From assembly GCA_002104905.1 (NCBI GenBank), contig MCFE01000364.1:23191-87190 (forward strand): a DNA stretch of 64,000 nucleotides. Direction: 5' to 3'. This DNA is from Basidiobolus meristosporus CBS 931.73. Its lineage: Eukaryota > Fungi > Basidiobolomycota. This document shows, in pieces, positions 25,401 to 39,974 of this stretch. The notes below the pieces were generated by a model. The model was not told the origin of the DNA, did not search any database, and saw only the letters and a list, made by a program, of their open reading frames with translations. Position 1 is the stretch's first letter. Every line of letters starts with the position of its first letter. A program made the translations under genes and the position numbers.

Positions 25401-27399
25401 GCACTCAACAGCATCACAGATATAAAATAAATGGATCTGTGGGCAAGGCACATAGTGACAATCCCTCCCTCCAATGCTATTATAGGATTTTTGATGGGCT
25501 TTATCTTATTGATTGTTGTTGTGCGTCAAAGACTTACAGAGGTCCTAAGCTGTAATAGAGGCAAATAGCCCAATTTGTTGCTGTGACATTGAGCTACATT
25601 ACCTTAGCTCCTTCTTTACAGCAAAGATACTACATCCTCTACTTGTGATACTGGTTGTGCTACTCTTATTACGCATTAATATTTCCCTGGTGTATTTCAT
25701 GCTCTCTCTTGACCATAACACATATTCTATGAGCCTATGCACCTAATTGCCTCACTTATGCATTGGTATGAGCTTACAACATACATGCTTATACAGGTAG
25801 CAGTGACCTAATCTTGACATTTACAGGTTTTGCATTAGAGGTACTGGGCTTGCTGTAATCTCATCTGATTAAGCATTCTGGCCTGCTTGTGTCTCCACAG
25901 AGATTCTCAAGTGCCTGTTTGACTTGGAGCATGAGGAATCAGCATTAATACCCTCAGTAGCATACAGTCCACATGTCCTTTTTGGATTTAGCTCTGCATG
26001 TTGCACTGATTGTCACAGCAAGCTGTTATCCAACTGCTTACTGCTGTAATTTGCTGTGGTGTTTGGATAGGAGATAGACTATTTTGTTAATTTATTGGCA
26101 GCATTTACTTGGAAGTGAGGCAAACTAGACAAGAATTAGTATTAATTATATGTGCATGCATGGTGCTACAGCTGTATTTATAATGCTTACACTGATGTGT
26201 CATCTTTAAATCTTACATTTAAGTATATTTAATGTCTAAATATAAGTATGTCTTATGGTCACATGAGTGCAGAGAATAAAGTAAAATAATAGCATTGCCG
26301 TACAGAGTTTAAGCTGTTTGCTCATAAAGAAGTTGACCTGAAGTCAAAGCTGTAAGAGAAAAAAAAGACACCATATGTGTAGTTTAACCAGCCTATCAGC
26401 TATGCAGCATGCATACAGCATCAGAATTTTTACAAGGATCATAAGCTGTTTTTGGCTACACTGGCCATGTCTGAGCATTCACCTGTCACTACTGTTTCAG
26501 AAAAATCTTGCTGACACTTGACACCTCTGTAATGGCACCTTCTTCCACTTGACACCTTGCACAAACTGCATCCAGTGAGTATGTGACACCTTTGACCCAC
26601 CTCAGCCGTGTAAATATGTCCTGCAGAGTGACACCCCCCAAGAATAATATTCATATATGAATTTTAATCCTATCTTGCTTTATAACAGTCCCCTGAATTA
26701 GCTTGACAAATTTCAATCTGCATTGAGGCAACATCTATAGGAAAAAGTGCCTAGGATACTTTGCAAAGGCAGTGGGCCTGATAATCCATTTACTGATGAA
26801 TGTTGCAATGTTCTGGTTAGAGAAGTGGCATGTTTACGCCAAATTTACCCTATCCAATCAATTGTGAAGATCCCATCAAAGGGCTGTCACAGAATATAAG
26901 CCCTGTGGCCAAGAGTTATTCATGCTATCAGGATGCCATACAAAAATTGTTAAAAATATTTACCCCAAGTTTCACACAAATCTAGGTCAAATTTTACATG
27001 GTAACAGTCCATACATTGCTTCCAACTGGCTTGCTACCAACCCTCTGACTTCCAAGGACACATATTTACCTTGCACATTGGGGTATATTGGTTGGCAATT
27101 TCTCTGTTTCTCACTTGTTACTTCCTGACTTAACCAATGCTCTTACTTTCAATTCTTACAAACTGGTTTACTTCTGCAACCTTTGTAAAAACTCAAATTT
27201 CGGTTTTGTCAACCTATACATGTTGCTTTACACAACACTGATGCTAAGCCCAACTCCACACTCAGGAGGTAGCTTCCTCAAAATCTGCCTTTCAATAAAT
27301 ACTTTTGCCATATCACTGTATTACAGGACTTTGGTAGGAAGCCTACAGCATTAGGTCATTGTTTATTCACTAGTTCCCATGCATACTGGTCCTCACCTG

Positions 27400-30300
27400 G
27401 TATTGTAAGGTCAAGTACCACATATGCCAGTCTAGATTTTCTTGCAATATTCAATTGATTTTTTTTTGTGCATTGTGTTTGAGAAAGTGCTGCAACCCCA
27501 TTGTGTACCTATCCTAGTTCAAATTCCACAGTAGGCATTGAGATAGTCTAGTGAGTTCTGGATGCTGGTACTCTCTCTGTTGGTGGAATCTCTACTCTGC
27601 CTACCATATATAATGTGAGGGCTGTGGGAGACAAGTTGCCTTTCTCTGCAAACTCATTAACCTCACTGGAGTAGGGTCCAGCTGGCTTTGCTTCCAACTT
27701 TTAGAAAGCAGCTGTTTTCTTTTTTGGTAAATCTACTTTGCTAACTTGGACTTAGTCTTTTCTAGACTGATGAAGATAATCAGTGAGGACTGAAGCTTTC
27801 TTCTCAATCTTCTTTGTCTCAGGTTTGTGTATACCTTGTTCTCTGTACCTTTGGCTTTACCACAGCCAAGTCTTCTACTGCTACTGTGACTGATTGCTTT
27901 TGGTGAATTCATTTTGCCTGCTTGTCCACTGATTTACAATTCTACTGTAGGCACTGTTGTAGTCATAGCAGCTTGTGCCACTGTTGCATTATCAGTCAGT
28001 GAGATCTGTACTCTGTTTACAATGAAGGACATGGATGCTGAAGTAGATGAATTGACTCTCTTTACAAATCCATCTACCTCACTGGAGTATATCTCAGCTG
28101 GCTGCACTTTCAACTCTTGGGAAAACAGTATTTGCCCTTGTTGGTAATTCTACTTGTTGATGATGGGACTGAGCCTGTTATAGGTTGACAGTACTATTTG
28201 CCAAGAACTGCAGCCGTTACTGATGCCTCCCTGTCTCTGACATTGATAGACTTTTTTGCTCTACCATTATCACTGCCAAGCCTTATGCTGCCACTGCCAC
28301 TAAGTGTTTCCTATGGTGAACTTTACTTTCTGCTTGATAAGTGTGGCACTACTACATATATATTTGCCTGCTTATTCATTACAAACACTCTTATGGCAAC
28401 CCATCACTTGTTGAACTTATTTGGAGCCTCCAGTCCTGCTTGTGACAAGCTCTTGAGCATGATGTTGGTTTTAAGCCATAGAAACCCTGGTCCTCAGCCC
28501 TTGATAGTTTCTTCTATTCCTGAGCTACTTTCTTAGCATAACAGTGCTGACCCAAGATCTGTTTGCTTTCTAGAGTCTGGGATAATGCTTATGAACTAGT
28601 CAAATGCATTCTGCTTGGTCTTTGATTCCTGATGGTCCCATTATATGCTGACCTTAAAGTGATGCCATGGTAGACTTGAAACTGCCTGTTGATTATTAGC
28701 ATACTTTTGAGTATTGCATTCAAGAGCTTTGCTTTCTTTGATGTCCTATGATTTTTAGGCCAAGGTATAATGCCACAGTGTCTCCCTCCCATGCTATTAT
28801 TGCAAGTCTTGGTATAAGAGTTGTAGAGGATAGGGAGTCTAGCTAGTATTGTATTCACTAAAACTTGAACTGATTTTTATTGAGGTTCCAGCAGCTCCTT
28901 ATATACATTTTGCAAGATCAATTGTTGAATAATTATATTTCCTAATGTAGGCTGAGGCCAATGCCTCATTTGATTGCATCACCATCACCCAATAAGATCT
29001 CACTTAATATATCTTTTTTGGTCTGATAAGGATCTGCTGATTTATTTGCTGACTAATGCTACTAATTTGATAGATACTACTGATATTCCAATAAGCTAAA
29101 CATATAACTAACTGATTTGACTAAGAACAGATCAAACTTGAACATTCAAGCGGTAAATTATAACTCTATGATGGGTTTTGCAGTGGGTCTTAACTTTGGA
29201 TGCGGTATTTGTACTTCAAAGAATGTACAATGTTCCACTGATGTTTCATTGAGAAGTAGCTCAGTTCCTGGCTGCAACATTAAGCAAACTGAGTTCCTTC
29301 TTTGCAGCCTGCATATTGCACTCTCTACCTATTATATTTGGTACACTTTTCATACTATTGGCTCTTACTGTCTTGGGACAGTTACTGGCTTTCTCTTAGC
29401 CAGTACGTCTATCTTAGTAGCCACTGTACCTAAATGCCTTTCTGGTGCCTAGGTATACAGATTAAATCAAAAACCATAAATGTTCAGGGCAGAATGAATG
29501 CGCTGAAGTCAAAGCTTTTTACTGAGAGAGATGCACTTACTCATCAGCAATATACATTCACCATTGAACAAATGTTCACATTATAAGATTATATATCAAA
29601 AAGCAGTTCACCAATACCATTTTGATGTGTCTTCTGCCTTTATGCAAGGGGCTTGTCACAGAACTTGAGCAGCTCTGCCACATGCATAAAGCTGAACATG
29701 TAGATATCTACCAATAATATTTCTACTCTATACTCCATCTTGTTTGGTGGATGATAGTGGCCTTGATTCATCTTTTGAGAGTTTCTTATGGAGATAGTGT
29801 GTGAGTAGATAGGAAGACAAGTCAAGTTGTAGGTTATACCATATCCCAATCTCATCAATAACTTAATTATCATATATGGCCTGAATATGAAGAGTAGAGT
29901 CATGGAGGACAGCAAGGAAGAGTTGGAAAATACTGAGGGCAGATGTCTATATGGCAGCATCAATGCCTTGGCCATGAAAATACCTGATAGCTCTATCTCA
30001 TGGATATCAATTGACCAATGAAACTTCATACTGGACACAATATGCAACTGATTTACTTTGGGACAACTCTGCAAAAGCTTGTCAAGCTTCTCCTTGGTAC
30101 AAGCTAGTATCCACACCCTTCAATATGGAATTCACGCAAACAAGAAGCATAGCATTCCTATCAGGGTGACCAGATTCCCACAGGGAGTAGGAATATATGA
30201 ACAAAGTTCCAAAATGTGCCTTGCAGATATTCTAAGGTACTTATGTCTAATGTGATGGCAAGCACTTATATGGTTGCAAGATCTATATGCACTACCTATA

Positions 30301-33300
30301 TAAGCTATTTGGCAACCTTGCAAGCATCTCACTGACACACTACAGAGTTGAGTTGATAAAAGTGCATAAATTGCAGTGGGGGTGTACATGTTGAAATATT
30401 GGACTATTTGGTATCATTCAGCAGCTAAATATTTACTTAACAATTTGGGACTAACTTACAGCCCTTACTTTGGCACTTTCTTCAGATCTATGATCCTATG
30501 ATTATTCTCTTATAGTCAGGATCAAATTAGCACTATTACCAAAGATTATGTATTATCCCTGAAGCTGTTACAGAATGCTCCTGAATACTGAGAAACCCCC
30601 CTTGTATAGTGTTACAGCTGTATTACTTCTACAAAGGTTTAAATGCTGGGCTTCTTTATGAATACGCAGTTCAGCAATCATAGCTATTTCTTGATAAGTT
30701 GCTTACGTCCATATCATTTTGTAAACAGCAACGGGTTATGAGCCCCGATTGCCTTAATCTATTCTAAAGATGACTTCTACCAGCAAACAGAACAACACAA
30801 ACATCTTCTCTGTAAAGGAGAGGTTTGATAGGAAGAACTACAGACTTTGGAGAATCAAGATGCAGATCAACCTTGAGGAAAGGAAGCTTTGGAGTATAGT
30901 AATCCAAAAGAAGTTAAGCCCAAAGGAAGAGCAGAAGAAGTGGAGAAGCTTCAAGAGAAGGAGAGAAATGCCTTTGATGCCATATGTATTAATGTGCAAG
31001 ATTCCTCCATTGGACAAATCCATGCCTCAAATACCACCAAAGCAGCATAGGAATCCTTAGAAAAGTTCTTTAGATCAAATTCAGTATCAAGCAAGCTATA
31101 TTTAAAACAAAAGTTCTTCAACATGAGGAAGAAGCCAGATGATGACATGCTACAACTCATTACTAGAGTGGAGACACTTGCAGAAGAACCTTACATTATC
31201 ACTGCCAATGTAGATGATGAAGAAAAGATACTGTGTCTGCTTTGCAGCCTACCAGACAAGTATGAGCCGCTCATATTTTCTTTTGAAAGCAGAGAAGATA
31301 ATTTGACTTTAGATTATGTCAAAGGAACACTTCTCCTTGAACAACTTAGACTTAATGATTAAACAAAGAAAATGAAGATAATGCTTTATTCAGTTCAGAA
31401 AGGCACTCAGAAAAGAAAGGAAAGCAACAAAACTAAAGAAAACCTGGCTGCTGTAATTACTGTAAAAAGCCAGGACACTGGGCAAGGGAATGCAAGAAGA
31501 AACAAGCAGACAAAAAACAGAAACTAGAGCAGGCAAACCTTATAACCACTGATGAACAGTTATTTGTAACTGTACAAGAGAGTGCAAGTAACCAAACTAA
31601 TGAATGGTATATTGACTTTGGAGCATCACAGCATATTTGGGGTATAAAGGAGTGGTTCAGCAATGTAGGGACTTTTCCCGTAAGAAAGCTTTATCTGGAT
31701 GATAACTCTGCTCTGGAAGCTATTGCCAGTGGGTCTATACAACTACATATGAGCAATAGCACAAGGGCAACAACAGCAAGACTGACTGATGTACTCTATG
31801 TACCTGGAATAGCTAAGAACCTACTCTTAGTCAGTAAAGCAACTGCACAGAGACTAAAACTTGTTATCACTAAGATGAGCTGCTCAGTATTGAATGAAAA
31901 TGGACTGATATTAGCTTTGGGAATTAGAGATCACAGTATGTACTGGTTAAAATGCCAGATCACTGTACCTGAGTAGGTCAACATTGCTGAAACTGCTGAA
32001 ACCAACTGGGAGATGTGGCATCAGAGGCTAGGTCATATTGGGGAACAGAAAATGAGCCAATTAGTGAAAAATTAGCTTATTTTGGGCCTAAAATTCTCAA
32101 TTCCAACCAAATTGAATGCCCATAAGAGATGTTCATATGCTAAGCAAGCTAGGCAATGTTTCAAGAGCTCAGAAGGTACCAATACCACCAAAATAGTGGC
32201 TTTTATACACTCAGACATACTTGGCCCATGAGAATACTGTGCTTGGAAGCCAAGAGATACTTTATGACGTGTATTGATGACAAAACAAGATATACATGGG
32301 TGTACTTCCTCAAAACAAAGGATGAAGTTTTCGAGACATTTAAGCAATTCAAGAGCATGGCAGAAGCACAAACTGGGTGTAAGATGAAGGTACTACAAAG
32401 TGACAATGAAGCAGAATACTATTCAAAAGAGTTTGCAAAATACTGCTGATCTACTGGTATACTTCAACAGACCACATTTCCTCACTTTCTACAGCTACTG
32501 GAGTGGGAGAATGTGCAAATAGAACAGTAGTAGAGATGGGAAGATCAATGCCACATGACAAGGGAATGGACTACAAATTTTGGGCTGAATCTATTGTTAC
32601 TGTGGTATACATCAAGAATGGATGCCCAACAACAGCACTACATGACTCTACACCGTTTGAATCATATACAGTCAAGAAACCAGACCTCAAGCATCTCACA
32701 ATCTTTGGCAATGACGTTTTTATCACATCCCTGACAAAAAATGCTTAAAGTTGGAACCAAAGAGTACAAAAGGGATCTTCCTTGGGTATTGTGAGAATAC
32801 TAAAGGGTGTAGAGTGTATGATGGCAAAATTCAGAAACTGATCAAGAGCAGGGACATTGCATTTGAGGAGAATTCAGGTCACATATCCACTGAAATCATT
32901 GGCCAGCTTCCTGATGATGCAATCAACACCAATGAAGAAGATATGTACCTAATTCAGCCAGATATGGATGATAATTTGACAAGTTCCAGATCAGAGCAGA
33001 TTATCCCAGTTAGGAGATCAACCAAAATTGCAAGTGCCCCTAGATTCTGGAGGCAGACATCCAATGATTATGAAGAAGTTCATCTTGCTTTATATGCCAA
33101 ACCTCAGAATCTGGAACAGGCAATGCAAAGTCCAGATGCTATTATGTGGCAACAAGCCATGCAGGAGGAGTGCCAATCACTGATCAAGGCGAAAACATGG
33201 AAACTGCTAGATTTACCAAATGGGAGAAAGTCAATAGGATGTAGATTGGTCTACATGATCAAGATAACCTCAAATGGTACTGTTAATAAGTACAAGGCTA

Positions 33301-35350
33301 GATTGGTGGCTAAAGGTTATTCCCAGATCTGGAGACTAGACTTTAAGGAAACATTTGGTTTGGTTGCCAAGTTTACCTCCAGTGGGACAGTTCTAGCCCT
33401 GGCAGTGGTACACAGTCTAGATCTATATCAAATGGATGTCAAAACAGCCTTTCTAGATGGGGTTTTGAAAGAAACTACATATATGGAGCAACCAGCAGGT
33501 TTTACTAATCCAAAAGACCCCCATAAGGTGTGCAAACATAGGAAATTGTTATATGGGCTTAAGCAGGCACCTAGAGCACGGTATAACAAGGTTGACACAT
33601 ATCTAGAGGAAACTGGGTTCTCTTGTAGTACTGCAGATCACAGTATATATGTGAAACAGCTCAAAAAAGGTGTGATCATCATACTTCTTTATGTAGACAA
33701 CCTAATTATAGCTACAAGTGACCAAGAGGCTCTTAAACAGACAAAGTCGGACCTCATCAGCAAGTTTGCGGTGAAAGATTTTGGAAAATTAAGGTATTCT
33801 AGGAATTGAAGTGAATTCTGACATACCTACACAGAAGAGTGTGCTGAGTAAGTCTAAGTACATTAGGAACATTCTCAGATTCTTCAAAATGGAAAAGTGC
33901 AAGCTTGTAACCACCCTTATGGACAACAATCTAAAATTCAGTAAATCTCAGCAAGTTTTAGACAAAAACAACTCAGATATGGACCAAAACTTTCCCCATC
34001 AATCAATGGTTGCTAGCCTGATGTACTTGATGGTGTCTACCTGTCCCAATACTCCCATGGCAGTAGCAATAGTCAGTCAAATAATGCATAATTATGGATC
34101 AAATTAAATTACAGCAGTTAAGCAGATCTTCAGATTTCTACAAGGTACCATAAATATGGTACTGGATTACTCTGGAGCAGCTGATAGGCAAAAAATTGAT
34201 TGTTAAAGTGATGCAGATTGGGGTAGGGATCTGATTGACTGACACTCTACTACAGGCTATATATTTCTTTATGCTAGTGCAGCTATTACTTGAAATTGCA
34301 AGAAACAACCAACTATGGCCCTATCTACAACTGAAGCTGAATATAGGGCTGCATGTCTAGCAGCTAAGGAGGCTATATGGCCACAAATATTATTCAAAGA
34401 CTTAGGTGTTGATTCAGATGAACCAACATATATTTACAAGGATAATCAAAGATGTATTTCATTAGCTAGAAATCCTACTATTCATGCCAGAACTAAGCAC
34501 ATTGATATACAGCATCACTTTGTGAGGGAAGCTGTAGAAAATAACTTAGCAGAGTTAGTGTACTGCTCAACTAACAAAATGGTGGCAGATATATTGACAA
34601 AACCACTGGCTAGATCACAATTTGAGAATCTCAGGGAGAAATCAGGATTAAGAAATTACTTAGTTGAGGAGGAGTGTTGAGATATTGGTCTATTTGTTAT
34701 CCTTCAGCAGCTAAAAATTTACTTAACAATTTGGGACTAGTCTTGGTCACTGTGGGACTAACTTACAGCTGTAACTTTGCCACTTTCTTTAGATCTATGA
34801 TCTTATGACTATTCCCTTATAGTCAGGATCAAATTAGCACTCTTACCATACACTATGTACTATCTTTAAAACTGTTACAGACTGCTCCTGAATATTGAGA
34901 AACCCTCCTTGCTTAGTGTTACAGCTGTATTGCTTCTACAAAGGTATAAATACTGAGCTTCTTTATGAATAAACAACAATCCAACTGTTATCACTCTTTC
35001 TTGATAAGTTTTTTTATCCAAATCACTTCCTAAATTGCAACAGTACATAGGTAAAGGTTAGCAAGTAAGAGGACATAATTCTTTTTTGAATCCAACAATA
35101 TGTAGAATACCCAGAGTAGTAGTGGGTAAGCACATAGATTGCAATGATATCATAGTGGAATATATAAACAGTGTATGAGGAAGTAAGAACAGAAAGACCA
35201 ATAGGTAAGTTGTTATGATATCCTTATATTGAAATGGATGTAGGCTGCTACACTGCCATTATAATACAAATAGAGGTGCGTAAAGAGGCCATTCAACACC
35301 ATCAGTTTTTTTTGCCGCATAGGTTATTGGACATATAGACTGGTCAGGTC
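27400..35350. mobile_element. Degenerate CACTA element (second ORF on minus, ~27400-29450; transposase 3' part on plus, ~29640-30388 and 35048-35350), split by Copia 2
   Basis: 29640-30250 aligns with 56510-57110. 28590-28900 and 29100-29450 align with 52300-53040. Sequence after 35047 continues the homology to 440-600. Confidence 0.65.
30389..35042 (+). mobile_element. Ty1/Copia LTR retrotransposon 2 (full domain set, pseudogenised)
   Basis: LTRs at 30389-30733 and 34675-35042. TSD GTACA. PBS GGTTATGAGCCCC and PPT GAGGAGGAG. RT ORF 32751-33809 (YKARLVAKGYSQ, QMDVKTAFL, LYGLKQAPR, LYVDN). RNase H ORF 34315-34680. Confidence 0.95.
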
Positions 35351-35399
35351 ACCACAAATAAATGTACAATGCACTAAGACCACCAAAAACGCTATGCAA

Positions 35400-36480
35400 T
35401 TCTTGTCTCAGCTCCACTGTAAGATGTTGTATAGTGTCAATAGTCCCAAGCTGCCAGCATTGTGATGACCTTGTTGCAGGACTGTGGTGGCTCAGCTGGA
35501 TTTCATGTACCTGCAGGTCCACATTATTTTTCATACATTAAGTGCTGCCACCATATTCTCTAAATTGACCTCATGTCAGGACGCAACCAGATTGGGGTGA
35601 AGCAGAAGACATCCCCAAGACAGCATTCAGCACTAGTTAATGACTTTTTGAATACCTGGTCATGGGTTTGGCTCCAGCTGATTCCTTGGCATCCTTCATT
35701 TTCATGTTGCAAGCCATCCTCCAGATGTAACTGAGCAAGCTTGAGAAAATCTACATAGGCAGCATATTGATCAACAGCAAGCCAGAATAGGGTCACATTG
35801 TGCACATTGAGAAAGACCTAAAAAAGCCAAAGAAGAACAAGCTTTAGGGCAATTTGCCAATTAGGAATTCTTTAAAAAACCTGTTGAATATCATGGATAT
35901 ATAGTAACCAGTACTGGAGTACCGGTAGGCCCCATGAGATATGTAGCTGCCTAATTGCATATCAAACCTTACACCATTTGTTGAAAATATCTCTTAGTAT
36001 TGCTGATATGTCATGTACTTTGCTAGTATTACAGCCCCTTTGGCCAATGCTATCTGCAAAGTTAACACCTTGAAGTATGATATAGCTGGTAGGACTGTCT
36101 TTCTGATGCTGAGGAATGAAGTTGCTAAACTGCCAAGCTGCCAAGCTGCCAAGCTTTGGAATACCTGACTTCAGTGATGTATTTACTCCTTAAACAAATA
36201 CTTCAGGCTGCTTAATTAGTGGAGAAATGAGCCAAGAATCAAAAGCAAAGGCATATATGTTGTAGTTGAATTCAAGTGAGTTCAGCAAAACATAACTACC
36301 CAGTGTATGGGAAGTAGATGCCTATCATAATACACTACCTAAAGATGTGGAGTACCTATATTGAAGGAGTCTTGTGCAACATGAAGGCCAACCATAATTC
36401 ACTTAGATAATTTTCTAATCACAGAGTGCTGTTCAGCAGAATGACTCAATAGAGTGCATTGGTTACAAGTCTTGATATCA
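35400..36480 (+). pseudogene. Degenerate Gypsy RT/RNase H fragment
   Basis: 35550-35680 reads IFSKL(D)LMSG..EDIPKTAFST..FEYLVMGF across frameshifts. Confidence 0.6.
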
Positions 36481-36601
36481 GAGTTGTATAGAAGTAGGGA
36501 GTTCAGCTGGTATTGTATTCAATAGAACCTGAACTGATTTTTATCAAGATTTCAGCAGCTCCTTATATACATTTTGCCAGATGAACTGCTAACTACTGAT
36601 T

Positions 36602-37333
36602 AGACTTGTTCCATTGGATAGTGCCACATTGAGCCATGAGTGCCAAATGATGCCATAGTGTGCCAGGGAGGCCAAGTGAGCCTATACTTGGCCACAGAGT
36701 GTGAAACATAGCTCTGCATCTTCATGCAAAGCAGCTCCTGTGTTTCACCCATTCTATTGGAGAAAATTCATTTTTTGACCTTTTTTTTAGGTCAATGTTG
36801 TACAGGATGTGTAAGAGCACAGGAGAACTGTTGACAGACATCAGGTACTTGATCCCCATGGCACTCTGAATCTAGCTCCTGTGGCTTGTAACATGTCACA
36901 AAGATTCATGGTACTATTTTGGTCCACTAGTACTATTTGGCACTGTATTTATTATTAGCCCTAAAGTAAGATCAATAGAAAGCACTTATAGTGGCAGATA
37001 GTACCAGTGGACCAAGATAGTGACATGCATTTCTGTGACATGTTGCAAGCCACAGGAGCTAGATTCAGAGTGCCATGGGTATTGAGTATCAGATGCATAT
37101 CTTCAATCCTATTGTGCTCTTACACATCCTGCACAACATTGATCACCAAAAAAACATCAAAAAATGGATTTTCTCCTGCATCATAGGTGAAACACAGGGG
37201 CTACTTTGCATGAAGATGTAGAGCAATGCTTCACACTCTGTGGCCAAGTATAGGTTCACTTGGCCTCTCTGGCACACTATGGCATCGTTTAGCACTCATG
37301 GCTCAATGTGGCACTATCCAATGGAACAAGTCT
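36602..37333. mobile_element. Foldback (palindromic) PHIS MITE, copy 1, 732 bp
   Basis: AGACTTGTTCC..GGAACAAGTCT termini. ~345-bp inverted arms around a short AT-rich spacer. Flanks ATT/AAT. Confidence 0.9.
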
Positions 37334-37469
37334 AATTGTTAGCTATCACCTATATACCAATAGGCTAAACATATAAATAATGGATTTGACCAAAAGCTCA
37401 TCTAACTTAAATATTCAAGTGGTAGATCATAACATCAACCTGATCTTATATGAAATAAGTATGAGAACT

Positions 37470-38534
37470 AATATAATTGTGGATTTTCCCTTATATTATG
37501 CATGATGCATCTTGGATCCCACTGACATGATCAGATCAAATTAGAGGATATATATACCAAGTACTGTAAGCCATCTGCCCCAATCTACTCAAGGAGATCT
37601 CTTGTTAAGCTTCTCTGCTATTACAAGAACTATTGCCCTACAAGGTTTCTTCCTACCATCTATGACAACCAAAGTCCTAGAAGCTTTGATTCCCAGGTGA
37701 CAGCAATGGAGAACCACCTTGCAGAGAGAATGAATGAACAAGAGCAATCTGGGAATACTAGGATAAGAAGTTGCACCAGACTTCTGTATTGCTGAGTATT
37801 TAGCAACTGGTTTCATATCAGGAGCAGTTTACATACCTTCCCAGTCAGGATTAACAGACCTTCTAGAAGGCAGAGGTGCTTTTATTCTGGCAAAACAACA
37901 AACACTGTGTGAAGTCTCAAGCACTGTCTGACATTGGGGGTGATTTGATCTGATTAGGTGGGCCATTGGCTAAAAGAAGGCATGACAAAGCACTTTGGGT
38001 ACAGAGTTTTCAAGAATGCATTAGTGGCAAAATAGATGGCAGGCTTGACTTATATATCAGAGGATTGTCAGATACCAGGATGTGTTACAGCTCATAGAAA
38101 GCCAAGGAATGGTGTGCTTAGCAGTAAGCAGAAGCTCTATAATAAGATTTTTAATGATTTCAGAGTGCAAGTATCATGCATTTGGATATATAACTAGTTT
38201 CTGCATATTGGCAGTTAAACACAGAGAGAAGTCATGTAAAGGAGAAAACTGCAGAATAGTCAAAGTTTTCAAGATACTTATTAATGCACAGTATATATGT
38301 ACAAGAAGGCATCCACTGAGAAAAATGTGTTTGGAGCATCATGCAGAGTAAATGAAGCAAGAAAAGCACTGTTCTGTGCAACATAAGTATGATTGAATAA
38401 GATTGCCTGTAACTGTATCCTACTGTTAGCATCATGGTAAGATTTAAGGCGCCAGATAGTGCCCTAGTGTACCAGATCAATCTGGCACTATAAACAGGCT
38501 GGCACTTTGTGGCACTATCCAACAAAAAAAGTGT
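37470..38534 (+). mobile_element. Deleted and degenerate copy of the PHIS transposase half with a decayed right TIR
   Basis: 37550-38530 aligns with 62860-63849. 37470-37540 aligns with 61430-61490. Confidence 0.85.
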
Positions 38535-38539
38535 ATTAC

Positions 38540-39300
38540 TTACCAGCCTGGAAAAATACCATGGTTGCAGATTCCAGATTGGATGAAGCTGGCAAACATG
38601 TAGTATAGGATGAAACATGCTACCAAGTTGTTGAAGGAAGTCCTGTTGCTTACTGCAACTATTTTCCTTGCATGGACCCAAGACAGAATATTTACAACTA
38701 ATATGGGCATCTTGGATATCAATGAGCCTATTACCATGTGATGACAGAGCAAAGGGGCCTAGACTAAAACAGAATGTGACAAAGCTGCTGAAAACATACC
38801 CAGATTGCCAAATTAGCCAAAGCAAGCCCTGGTGTTTTGCCAGATTTTTCCCCTTGAGACTTGTTGGGACCTTCAGGAGATGGGAATTTGACTTTGTTGG
38901 AAGAAAGCCAACCATTATGAGATGCAAAAATTAGATCAAAGCAGTAATTGGCTGCAACTCCAAAGAGCCAGCTGCTAAACTTGCACCAGTAGCCAGAAAG
39001 CATGAAGACACAAGCTTCATCAACCTACAGATCTTAATGAGCCTTCAATGCCCTGAGGGATCTATATACAATACAGGGGCATATTTTATAGCAAAGTCAT
39101 TAGAACTGTTCCTGAGAATGCGGCAGATAAAGCTCTTATCAGGTCTTGCATATCATCATAGCGCAAATGGAGTCATTGAGTGATGTAGTATTTGGAAAAA
39201 CCCAATAAAGTGCCCAAACAGAGCTTTGAATAGATGGATTATGTATGTAAGCTAAGCACTACCTGCAGAGTTAAAGTACACTATGCACCTATTTAATAGC
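38540..39300 (+). pseudogene. Degenerate Gypsy integrase fragment
   Basis: ORF 38668-38934 has KQNVTKLLKTYPDCQ...RRWEFDFVG, and a later AYH..ANG-like remnant. Confidence 0.6.
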
Positions 39301-39974
39301 AGTATCTTAGAGCTGTCAGACAGTGGCAGAAATATATGCACAAAGGTTCTGCTCTGAGACTAGTTTTGGATGTAGCTGGGTCTGACCACAGTGGCAACAG
39401 AGTTGACTTGTAACATGGACTAGGCTTGGTATACCTGAGAGTACTGGATATGCCAGACTTGCATCAAAATAATAAGCAAGTTATTAAATACATAATTTTG
39501 CTCAGAAACAATTAAAATATGTCAAGACACACAATAAGCCAAAAGGTTCAGTAGGCTTTGTGGGTTATTAATGACTGTACTTGGTAAGTGGGAGAGCTTG
39601 TAGGTCAAGTCAGTACCACTTGGTTCAGAATAGCTTCCAATAAAAGGTAGCAAGGTAATAAAGACTTGTGTCTATTCTGTCCCCAAATCTCCCTGTCTTG
39701 GTTCAATTGGGTACATATATATATCACTTGGGGGGCTTAGATAACAGTCAATGTGTTGTAAAATAGGGGTGTGAACACTTTCCTGTTATGGCCAGTGTTC
39801 TAACTAGATAAGGGTAGGGATAGGAGGGAGGGCACATGGGGGGATCATAGGGAGGATGCTGGGGGACTTTGGGTAGGACTCTGGGGAGAACTCTTGGGCA
39901 AAGAGTGAGTACTGCATTTAGTACTCACATATCCCAGGGGTTAAGAGGGAGCTTTGTCCTCAAAGTTCTTTTGA

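Noticed and set aside
38232-38927. 231-aa minus-strand ORF
   Set aside because: Spans the junction of a PHIS remnant and a Gypsy integrase relic on the opposite strand. No motifs.
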